From Steroidobacteraceae bacterium (GTDB lineage Bacteria; Pseudomonadota; Gammaproteobacteria; Steroidobacterales; Steroidobacteraceae), in NCBI GenBank assembly GCA_044375575.1, contig JBILMJ010000010.1:2282-66281 (forward strand): a stretch of DNA of 64,000 nt, read 5' to 3'. The notes beneath the pieces are model-generated. The model searched no databases, was not told the DNA's origin, and worked only from the letters and a program-made list of their open reading frames with translations. Shown here piece by piece: positions 46,301 to 53,441 of this stretch. Made by a program: the position numbers and the translations under genes. Within the stretch, counting starts at the first letter, position 1. Each line of letters begins with the position of its first letter.

Positions 46301-47092
46301 AAACAGATTGGTGATGTTGCGACCGCCACGCTCGAACGCCCTGAAGATATCGGCGGGTGGCAAGTTTTCCCATCGAGGTAAGGGATAGATTCGCTCGACC
46401 AACTCATGGCGGTCGCGCTGCTCGGCGGTCGTCTTCGCGCCCTCGAGAATGGCGGCCTCTCCGTCCTTTGTGTAGCTCTCGCCGAGGATGTAATTTTTGA
46501 ACGGTAGCAGCCCATTGTTGTAGGCCGCGCCTCCCCAGAACATCGTCGCAGTCGCCATCAGACTGCGTTTGGCATCGGCGATCGTGCGCGCATGACATGC
46601 ACCGCAAGCATCATCGGCGGCGCGGTAGTCACCCGGGTTCACGAAGCGGATGAATTCGTTTGCTTCCTTATTCAGCAATGCATAGGTGCGCTCGGGATTG
46701 GCGCTCGACGGGTGATGCCAGGCAGATGGATACTTGGGCAACACGTGGGCGGCGTCTCGCGCAGCCGCATAATTGGGATCTCGCCGTTGAGTGTCCCGGT
46801 CGTTCGATCCAATCCATCGAATGCTCGCCGAACCACCGTGGCAGTCCGTGCAGCCGAGTACGACACCCGGATTGGCGTGCATCGTCGGTTGATCCGTCTT
46901 GGTGTGACAGTCGTTGCAGCCTGCACTTTTCGCCGCTGCCTCATCGAGTGTCTGTTTCGCGGGCGCCGGAGCCGCGGTCAAATACGTCCGCGCGACCGCC
47001 TTGAAACCTTCGGCCGAAGTGGCCACGTCGACGGATCCCGACAACAGAGCGAGACCTGATAGCGCGAACATTGCCGTGACGATTTTTTTCAT
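43322..47092 (-). CDS. Giant secreted decaheme c-type cytochrome fused to a C-terminal LVIVD-type repeat (beta-propeller-like) domain
   Basis: 1256 aa. The signal peptide is MKKIVTAMFALSGLALLSGSVDVATSAEG. Ten CxxCH motifs (CNDCH, CTDCH, CGACH, CTSCH, CMICH, CVDCH, CKDCH, CYTCH, CGGCH, CSDCH) lie in the first roughly 800 aa. The last roughly 400 aa carry repeats such as GLRVLDAAG, GLVLVDINT, AYVVTDRAVVISDLS, LFVTTARGFEVIDVTSP, AYVANGREGMAIIDVERP and AYVADGKGGLKVVQLTSP. Confidence 0.8.
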   Translation of the reverse strand: MKKIVTAMFALSGLALLSGSVDVATSAEGFKAVARTYLTAAPAPAKQTLDEAAAKSAGCNDCHTKTDQPTMHANPGVVLGCTDCHGGSASIRWIGSNDRDTQRRDPNYAAARDAAHVLPKYPSAWHHPSSANPERTYALLNKEANEFIRFVNPGDYRAADDACGACHARTIADAKRSLMATATMFWGGAAYNNGLLPFKNYILGESYTKDGEAAILEGAKTTAEQRDRHELVERIYPLPRWENLPPADIFRAFERGGRNITNLFPETGIPNALGQIQRLEEPGRPDIKQSNRGPGTGGRIAVPVLNIHKTRLNDPLMWFMGTNDNPGDFRSSGCTSCHVVYANDRDPRHSGPYAKFGHDGRTQTLDPTIPKDQSGHPLTHAFTRSIPTSQCMICHMHQPNMFINSFLGYTMWDYESDAPAMWPSEQQFPTPEKIRQVLDRNPEGAAPRGKWADLEFLKGVSELNPQLKDTQFADYHGHGWNFRAVHKRDRQGNLLDAEGRIIENDDPLKWKKTVQMSSIHVDVGMHCVDCHFAQDSHGNGYLHGSVAAAVEIDCKDCHGTTAATATLRTSGPAAPQSGTDLARIRNPDGKLRFEWRGDTLVQRSAVTPGLEWQVSQVKDSVTPGSAHYNAKAARAKTMAKDAKNQRWGPDIPWAMLAHNDDKMECYTCHTPWTTSCGGCHLPIEANAKTSRHRYEGGETRNFATYNPQVLREDVFMLGWRGPSEGGKMAPVRSSSALVLSSTNANRERIYVQQPPIAASGYSSQAMNAHYPHTERKTETKTCSDCHLAKESDNNAIMAQTLGFGTQFMNFAGLNAWVGTEGGVTAIEVTEWDEPQAVIGSYLHRYAYPKWYSDHLGRDRELPRLSALKGDAVGCVQLRGEYVFSAEGKRGLRVLDAAGIANKGISQKLISAPFSPLGHDTQVKTANATCVALATTQPVHPPRNEGDLMRKDNLEQPFLPIYNFAVITDAVEGLVLVDINTLADGEFRNNFLKRFVTWNPDGKLTGARHLTIAGNLAYVVTDRAVVISDLSVPSTPKIVAEIPFESPRAVALQFRYLFVTTARGFEVIDVTSPARPRKLPQAMVTLAQAGGFTVARTYAYVANGREGMAIIDVERPHAPRLVRSWNADGRLVDSRDVMIASTNASLFAYVADGKGGLKVVQLTSPSTQPNFYGFSPAPRPELIAYKPTKLPALSLSRPLERDRAVDESGGQVAVFGRRGSRPFNLQEMQRLYLDSEGEPWFVEDTPAVQSVKGRATR

Positions 47093-47102
47093 GGATGTCG
47101 GA

Positions 47103-48890
47103 TCAATAAGTCAGTACGAGGTTACCGAGCACGGCGTAGGACAAATCATCGGCAAAAAGGTCACGGTATCCCTCGCCGGAAACCAAGGTCGCAACCGACA
47201 GTCGCCCGACGACGTTTTGTATCGCAAGCGGTCGCCAAATCACCGAAATCGAGGCGTCGACGCCGATCTCCTTGTCGATGTCGCCCTGAGCGCGCGCCAC
47301 ACGCAAGGTGGCGGTGTCCACGAATTGCAGCCAGTTGATATTGGTGCTCACGCGGAGCGTGGGTGTCAGGTCGATGTCAGCTCCGACCCCGATAAGTGCC
47401 AAACCCGGATTGGCGAAGTTGGACTGACCAAACTCTTTAGATGAGCGAAGCGAATTCAGCATTCCATTTCGACCGGACAGCGATACACGCCCACCGCCGA
47501 TCAGCGGCACCGGCTCGCGTATCCAGAAACTGGTATCAGCTCCCGCAAAGAGCGGGTTTTCAAAAATGGCATCGAAGCCTTCACCTCGCCCGTCGAACGG
47601 GTCCGAGTCACCCGATCCCCATGCCACGGAACCACGGAGACGCACCCACGAGTAGTCCTTCGAGAGCTCTGCGGCGAAGAACGAGGCGCGGATTCTTTGC
47701 GGCCGATCGACGAATGTCCCGCGCTCCGCTTCGCCGATCGCATAGTAAGCCGAGGTGGTGAGATTCAGTCCGCCCAGATACCCGTCACCCGAGACGCCGA
47801 GATACGTGACGTCGTAGTCGCCAGACCTTTCGATACCGATCGACGAGGGTCTCTGGATGATGCCGTTGTCGTCGTATTGAATCTGCCCGCCTTCGCGATT
47901 CCGGTTGTGAATCGCAGTGACTTGCGTGAAGAAACCGGGTGTCGGCCAGTCTTGCACGTACAGATTGGCCGCAAACACGTCGTCGTCTCGGAATGACGCA
48001 AGTCCACGAGAGAAGACGTCGTTCAATCCGCTGTTGGTGTCTTTGTCGAGTCGTCGGAACCAGGCCAGGTTGTACTGATAGCGATTGCTCGAGCGGATGC
48101 CAAACAACCGAGCCCCAAACATCGCATCGTTCAACAAAAAACCTCGAAAGTCGGATGTGAACGGCTGGATGCCTATACGGATACTGTCGAAGTCGTAGTT
48201 CGGCGATACGTTTCGCAGATGGCGGTCGACGAAGGCGGCCTGCAATCCGACTGCCGAGTCGTAGCGCACCGTTGAGGCATCTGCGGGCGCCCGCAGCAAG
48301 CCGCGCTCGTCCGCCGAGACTCGGGTGAGATTGAACGCAGGAGTGAAGCGGAACTCCCAGTCGGGCGGCTTGAACGTGGTGTTGCCCTGGTACAGGACCG
48401 TTTCGATCGCGAAAGTCTGTGCCCAGATCTCGGTTTTCGGACTTCCGAAGGTGTCCGTGGATCCGGGTCGCGCCGTCACGGGGCCGCCGACCGGCAACGG
48501 AAACGAACGTGGCTCGAACACGGTATCGGACGTCGCAATGAAGGCGAGATACCAGTCTTCGCCAAACATCGGGCGATCACCTTTGAGCCGATTGTACCCG
48601 TGGTACGGATCGAGCAAATTTTCTTTGATGCCGATCGCTTCGACGATACGCCATCGGTCCAGAAACCCCTGCAGCGAGCCGATTTCCTCCATCGGTGCCG
48701 GCGATATTCGTGAGGGATCACAAGGATCTGGCTCATACGGGATGACCGGCACCGTCGGGCTTCGCCGACCGGACTCGATCGGTGCCGGAGATGGGCATGG
48801 CTCCTCCGCCCTTACCGAGCCGATGAGCACCGCGCCGAGTAGAGCCGGAAGCCAAGCGCGATCAAAGACCACTGCAGGGCTCCTGTTCAT
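47103..48890 (-). CDS. Outer-membrane beta-barrel protein candidate (porin partner of the cytochromes)
   Basis: The ATG at 48890 gives a signal peptide (MNRSPAVVFDRAWLPALLGAVLIGSVRAEEP). The sequence is long, has alternating polarity and is Gly/Tyr/Asp/Asn-rich. The C-terminus ...VLGNLVLTY ends in an aromatic residue, as expected for a BAM substrate. No family was identified by eye. Confidence 0.5.
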   Translation of the reverse strand: MNRSPAVVFDRAWLPALLGAVLIGSVRAEEPCPSPAPIESGRRSPTVPVIPYEPDPCDPSRISPAPMEEIGSLQGFLDRWRIVEAIGIKENLLDPYHGYNRLKGDRPMFGEDWYLAFIATSDTVFEPRSFPLPVGGPVTARPGSTDTFGSPKTEIWAQTFAIETVLYQGNTTFKPPDWEFRFTPAFNLTRVSADERGLLRAPADASTVRYDSAVGLQAAFVDRHLRNVSPNYDFDSIRIGIQPFTSDFRGFLLNDAMFGARLFGIRSSNRYQYNLAWFRRLDKDTNSGLNDVFSRGLASFRDDDVFAANLYVQDWPTPGFFTQVTAIHNRNREGGQIQYDDNGIIQRPSSIGIERSGDYDVTYLGVSGDGYLGGLNLTTSAYYAIGEAERGTFVDRPQRIRASFFAAELSKDYSWVRLRGSVAWGSGDSDPFDGRGEGFDAIFENPLFAGADTSFWIREPVPLIGGGRVSLSGRNGMLNSLRSSKEFGQSNFANPGLALIGVGADIDLTPTLRVSTNINWLQFVDTATLRVARAQGDIDKEIGVDASISVIWRPLAIQNVVGRLSVATLVSGEGYRDLFADDLSYAVLGNLVLTY

Positions 48891-50862
48891 TCGAGTCGAG
48901 GAACGGTGCTTGCGGACAACTGACGTATCGCAATCGCGCGCCGTTCGGCACAAGCTGATCCGAACGTCGGCTGAGCGGCGCATTATTTGGCGCAGCGCTT
49001 CCCGTCAATCCCGAACGCGCCACCCCGAGAAACGCGACCATATCGTCCTGATCGACGCCGTCACCGGAGACACCGACCGCACCGACGAGTTGGTCGCCTC
49101 GGTAGATCGGTACCGCACCCGGGAAAATCTGTATGCCATTCGCCAAAATACGAGCAGCTCCCGTCACCGCAAATCCGCGATCGAATCCGCCCACGCCGCC
49201 ACACTGGCTCGGTGTATCCGTCGTGAGCCCACGTACGAACGCTACATGCTGAATGACGGCGTTATGTACGAGGTCCATCTGCAATCCCGTATTGAGAGGA
49301 CTCCACTGCCCTGGGGCACGCGAGAGCGGACCAAATGGATTTCCGTCCACGCCGTCGGGATAGTTCGGGCGGGCGAGATTGCCGATCGCACGCGCAGAAA
49401 ATGCCGTGGCACCATCGGCAAGTACATTCGGAAGTCCGAGAAAACGTCGGAGCGCGGTGACGTATTGCCCCAACGATTCCTCGCGCAAACGAACCAGGGT
49501 GCGATCGAGGTAAACCGCTGGCGGCAGCGCATTCAATCGATCGGCAGCCGTCGTCGAGGAGAGAAACGCCGCACCGCGAGCCTTTTGCACCGAGACGTCG
49601 ATGCCGAACACCGGTGCATCCCGTGACCGAACGAGCCCTAAGATCTCTCCCTGCGAATCGACCACCGAGATCGACACCCGTGCAGGTGTGTCGAGTGGGC
49701 GACGAATCTGCGCCCGACTTCGATTCGCCACGCGCAGCGCGCTCGACAAAATCGCGCGCACCTCGTTGGCCGTCAGTGCCGAGGCGCCGTCCGTTCCCGA
49801 GCGAGGACGATAACGCTCGTTTCCGACCGTATCGACGAGCACGAAAGCATCGAGTCCCGGGTAGTCCTGACTATCCGCCCGAATTCCGGAACGCGCCTGA
49901 CCGAATGCAGTCCCTGCGCGAACCGACATACCGTTATAGCCCGACACCTCAACGAGCTGCCCTGCGCTACCCTTCAAAGATTCGAAGGCGGGCGGCGCGT
50001 CGATCCGCGAGCGAAGATCTTCAGCGCGGATATCGCTAAATCGTAAGGTCTTGCCATCGGCGGTGATGCGGTCTGCTCGACGATCTTCAGGCGCGGCCAA
50101 TGCACCCGCTGCCGCAAACGCCACCGCCTCGTCGGTATCACGGTCGATGTCGAGCACGTTTTGATCGATTCCGTACACCGCATCGACGACGACACCCACG
50201 CCGCCCACCGGTGTCCCCGATCGATACAACGGGAAACCGCCGGGATCGCCCGCAAGACCGAGTGGCGATCGTTTGGGACCCGCATCGGCCTCAACAGACG
50301 CCTGACGCATGGAGACGTCGGAGCACGGAAGTTGGCTGAACTGAACACCGAACAACGGTCCGCTCGGCGTCAATAACTCGCCCGGATTGAAATGCGACTG
50401 GATGATTTGGCTCGCCGTACGCGTGCTGAACGCATTGCCTTCGCTCGAGAGGTAAGCGCCGGTCACGGCCTTGGCAATTGCTGCCATCGTCGCAGGAATC
50501 ACCTCGACGTTCTCGAAGCCACCGCTCACCGACAGTGCGGATACATCCGGAGTCCGCATCGTTACGTTTTCGAGTGCGCCGGTCATACGAAAGACGGCCA
50601 GCACGTTTCCGACACGATCGACTACGGCAATGGTCGCCTTGACACCCCTCGCCTGCGCCTCGGCCACACCGCGAGAAATAACTGTTTCGACATCATTGAT
50701 CGTTAGGAACGTGCCGGCGTTCGCGCAGCTTCCATCACAAAAGGCGGAGCCTGAGGGAGATGTCGCAGATCCATTGACCGTCGTAGTTGGCGTGCCGGAA
50801 CCCCCGCCACCGCAGGATACGAGCAACGCTGCGCATATCGACGTCAACGTCAAGCGTCTCAT
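48862..50862 (-). CDS. Lipoprotein with two GlcG/DUF336 (HbpS-like, heme/tetrapyrrole-binding) domains
   Basis: The ATG at 50862 forms an ATGA overlap with the upstream stop. The lipobox is AALLVSCGGGGSG. Domain 1 reads GVKATIAVVDRVGNVLAVFRM...GGFPLYRSGTPVGGVGV. Domain 2 reads RVSISVVDSQGEILGLVRS...SVQKARGAAF...GAVPIYRGDQLVGAVGVSGDGVDQDD. Confidence 0.65.
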   Translation of the reverse strand: MRRLTLTSICAALLVSCGGGGSGTPTTTVNGSATSPSGSAFCDGSCANAGTFLTINDVETVISRGVAEAQARGVKATIAVVDRVGNVLAVFRMTGALENVTMRTPDVSALSVSGGFENVEVIPATMAAIAKAVTGAYLSSEGNAFSTRTASQIIQSHFNPGELLTPSGPLFGVQFSQLPCSDVSMRQASVEADAGPKRSPLGLAGDPGGFPLYRSGTPVGGVGVVVDAVYGIDQNVLDIDRDTDEAVAFAAAGALAAPEDRRADRITADGKTLRFSDIRAEDLRSRIDAPPAFESLKGSAGQLVEVSGYNGMSVRAGTAFGQARSGIRADSQDYPGLDAFVLVDTVGNERYRPRSGTDGASALTANEVRAILSSALRVANRSRAQIRRPLDTPARVSISVVDSQGEILGLVRSRDAPVFGIDVSVQKARGAAFLSSTTAADRLNALPPAVYLDRTLVRLREESLGQYVTALRRFLGLPNVLADGATAFSARAIGNLARPNYPDGVDGNPFGPLSRAPGQWSPLNTGLQMDLVHNAVIQHVAFVRGLTTDTPSQCGGVGGFDRGFAVTGAARILANGIQIFPGAVPIYRGDQLVGAVGVSGDGVDQDDMVAFLGVARSGLTGSAAPNNAPLSRRSDQLVPNGARLRYVSCPQAPFLDSNEQEPCSGL

Positions 50863-52553
50863 TCTCGTACCGTCGCCTGTCGAATCCATTTTGGCTCGCG
50901 CTCATCGTGGTACACGTGACACGTCGCGCAGGGACTCGCGATCTTTTGCTCGCCACCTTCCGCGCCGGTCTCACCACCATGACAGTCGCGGCAGACCTTG
51001 ATCGATGGCATCAACACGTCGCTCGATAACTTAGACTCTTGTGCTGCATGACAGGTCTCACAGGTCGCCTGTCCCGATGCGTGAGCTGCGTGGTCGAAGC
51101 GCGCTTTCGGCATGAAATGCTGGGTGAGTTTGACCGGAGCGACGATCCACGCGGAGTCGTTCGTCGTCCCCGTTCGAGTGACCGCATGGCACTCGGCACA
51201 CGCTCTGCGCTCGAAAAGATCGGTCGCGACCTGGTTGGCACGCTGCTTGGCATTGCCTAAAAGCCGTGCACGCGCAGCGGCACTCAAGGAGGCCCCCGGC
51301 GGCGTCACCCCATCGACTACCGCCAAAGAATCACTGTATCCGCTCAGATAACGGCGACTGTAATGATCGACCAGCGTCAGCAAGACGAGCTTCGGATCAC
51401 CGTGTGGCACTTGGCGCTGCGGTTCTGCCGGATCGAACCCTAATGAGTGACACGTCCCACAGTGTCGCTCCATCGTAATCTTTTCGAAGCCGCGCCCACT
51501 CTCGTTCGACACATGACAATCGGCGCAGCCCATCACGACTTGGCCCTGCGGAGCCTTGATCCCCTTCGGGTCGAGATGTGCAGCGTGTGTGAATACGAGA
51601 TCGGACCGCTCCACCAGCGCCGCTCCACCAAGACGAGCGCGCGTGACGCGCCAATCGGGTGCCGTCAGCAGGCTGATTTGAAACTCCGGATGCTGCAATA
51701 CGAAGTCGGTGACCGGCATCGTTTTCTTCCCGATGCCGTGATCGGCGGGCTCCGAATGGCAATCCGTACAGAGTCGAGTGTCGCGTTGTACGAGGTTCGA
51801 TGGCTGATCGTGCTCGACGTGACAACTCGTACAACGCGCCGCCGTCATGTCCGCCACCGCAGGGTGATTGGCTGGAACGTGCTGATGCAATGTGGCAGCG
51901 TGGCACTCTAGACACTGCTCATTTCGGACGCGTCGAAAGGACTGTACGTGACAGGCCTCGCATTCACCCTCGAGGTTACCGTGCGCAGAATGCAGCGCAC
52001 CCGAACTCCACTGCTGATCACTCGGTAGCACACTCGCCCGTAACCACGAAGCCGAGGCATCGCCCTTCGCGACGAATAACCACGGCAAGATCAGCCCCAG
52101 CAGCAACGTGACCGTGATGCCGATCCACGCCCACGGTCGCCTGCGCCAACCCACCTCTTCGAGGGTCGTTGCGAATTTCGGCATCGGTGCGTCGTCTGCA
52201 ACCGTCGACTCTCGGGCGTCGCGCTCCACCGAGATCGCCGCATCAACCTCCAACGGTACCTCGAGCACCTTGATCAGCATCGGCCCGAGGCTGACTTCAT
52301 CTCCGACCTTCAGGTTCGCACTGCGACAGAGTCGTCCGTTGACCTCCGCTTGGGCGGGAGGGATGCAGGACAACAACAATCCGCCGTCAGATCGCGCAAA
52401 CCGCGCATGCTGCAACGCAATGCGGGGATCGTTGCACTGAATCGACTGATCGGTCGCGCGTCCGAATCCGATCGACTCGGCATCGACGATTCGGTCACGG
52501 GTCGCCTTCACGCCGGACGACCCCATCTCTATTGTTCGAATCAGGAGACGCAT
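50859..52553 (-). CDS. FHA domain - single TM - periplasmic decaheme c-type cytochrome
   Basis: The ATG at 52553 gives MRLLIRTIEMGSSG. The FHA-like block is IGFGRATDQSIQCNDPRIALQHARFARSDGGLLL...VNGRLCRSANLKVGDEVSLGPMLIKV. The TM segment is WAWIGITVTLLLGLILPWLFVA. It then has ten CxxCH motifs (CEACH, CLECH, CTSCH, CTDCH, CADCH, CGTCH, CAECH, CETCH, CRDCH, CATCH), with c3/c7-like FxHxxH contexts. Confidence 0.8.
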   Translation of the reverse strand: MRLLIRTIEMGSSGVKATRDRIVDAESIGFGRATDQSIQCNDPRIALQHARFARSDGGLLLSCIPPAQAEVNGRLCRSANLKVGDEVSLGPMLIKVLEVPLEVDAAISVERDARESTVADDAPMPKFATTLEEVGWRRRPWAWIGITVTLLLGLILPWLFVAKGDASASWLRASVLPSDQQWSSGALHSAHGNLEGECEACHVQSFRRVRNEQCLECHAATLHQHVPANHPAVADMTAARCTSCHVEHDQPSNLVQRDTRLCTDCHSEPADHGIGKKTMPVTDFVLQHPEFQISLLTAPDWRVTRARLGGAALVERSDLVFTHAAHLDPKGIKAPQGQVVMGCADCHVSNESGRGFEKITMERHCGTCHSLGFDPAEPQRQVPHGDPKLVLLTLVDHYSRRYLSGYSDSLAVVDGVTPPGASLSAAARARLLGNAKQRANQVATDLFERRACAECHAVTRTGTTNDSAWIVAPVKLTQHFMPKARFDHAAHASGQATCETCHAAQESKLSSDVLMPSIKVCRDCHGGETGAEGGEQKIASPCATCHVYHDEREPKWIRQATVRE

Positions 52554-52557
52554 GGAT

Positions 52558-53427
52558 TCACCAGTAGAGGAACACGCTGACCACATGTGCGATCAACGTA
52601 CCGAGCAGCGCCAAGGTCACCGGGACGTGGACGTACAGCCAGATTTCGAGCCAACCGCGGATCTGGGCATCGCGACACAGTCGACGCAGATGATTTCGAC
52701 GCGTGGCGATCACGCTGAGCAGATCGCCGATTCGCCGCGTCGCGTCACCATCGGTACTGCGGGCAAGCTCGTCCCCGAGCCACGTGAGTAACGCCGCTTG
52801 CTCAGCATTGGAAACCCGTGTCGAATCGCCGGCCGCGTTGGGCAAGTCGATCATGGAAAGATCGCGTCCCCGTAAAATAGCGATGGCACTTCCGCCGAGG
52901 CGCGTTTCCTCACGATTGGAGCGCAGCGCATCACCGAAACGGCGCGGCATGTCGCGGGCGATACGAAATGCGCGCTGATCGAGGTCGTCGATTTCTTCGA
53001 GGAGCAGATCGGGCTTGCGGCCTGCCCGGTTAGCCGACATCAACTTCGGATAGCGTAGATATACGATGAGCCCGAAGATGCCGCTTGCGATCACGATCAA
53101 CATGAGCGCGTAGCACAGCGTATGCAGATTCCAACCGAACTGGAATCCGGTGTGGAGCGTCACCACGACGATGAGTGCCAAACCAAGATAGACATGCGCA
53201 CTCGTCCATCCGCGCAGCGTTCCGAGCGAAGACGAGTAACTGCGCTTTCGAACGCCGAGCGCCGTCAACCAAAGAATGAGCGCAGCGCCAACTCCGCCGA
53301 GCGTATAGCCCAACCATGTTCCACCGTTCGGCGGCGACATCGGGTCGTGCCACGCATACGCCACGACCGAAGCGAAGCACAATCCGAGGGCGATTTTCAG
53401 ATAGCGTCGGCTGGCGTATTCAAGCAT
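52558..53427 (-). CDS. Integral membrane protein, predicted di-heme b-type cytochrome (two H-x13-H helices)
   Basis: The ATG at 53427 (MLEYASRRYLKIALGL...) lies 14 nt after the upstream stop. There are about 5 TM segments. TM3 is SAHVYLGLALIVVVTLH and the last TM is YVHVPVTLALLGTLIAHV. Each carries two His residues exactly 13 residues apart. A cytoplasmic loop of about 130 aa separates TM4 and TM5. Confidence 0.55.
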   Translation of the reverse strand: MLEYASRRYLKIALGLCFASVVAYAWHDPMSPPNGGTWLGYTLGGVGAALILWLTALGVRKRSYSSSLGTLRGWTSAHVYLGLALIVVVTLHTGFQFGWNLHTLCYALMLIVIASGIFGLIVYLRYPKLMSANRAGRKPDLLLEEIDDLDQRAFRIARDMPRRFGDALRSNREETRLGGSAIAILRGRDLSMIDLPNAAGDSTRVSNAEQAALLTWLGDELARSTDGDATRRIGDLLSVIATRRNHLRRLCRDAQIRGWLEIWLYVHVPVTLALLGTLIAHVVSVFLYW

Positions 53428-53441
53428 CGACTCGTGCACGT

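Noticed and set aside
47103-48890. Calling the barrel candidate an MtrB/PioB-family protein
   Set aside because: I cannot recognise MtrB/PioB signature sequence by eye. Only the signal peptide, the beta-rich composition and the aromatic C-terminus are visible, so the family is left open.
48325-49626. 433-aa plus-strand ORF. The 409-aa ORF at 54771-56000 and the 276-aa ORF at 62137-62967 are similar cases.
   Set aside because: They lie antisense to the barrel/GlcG genes, the FAD-cNMP-FeS gene and the APH-like gene respectively. They have shadow-ORF composition and no motifs.
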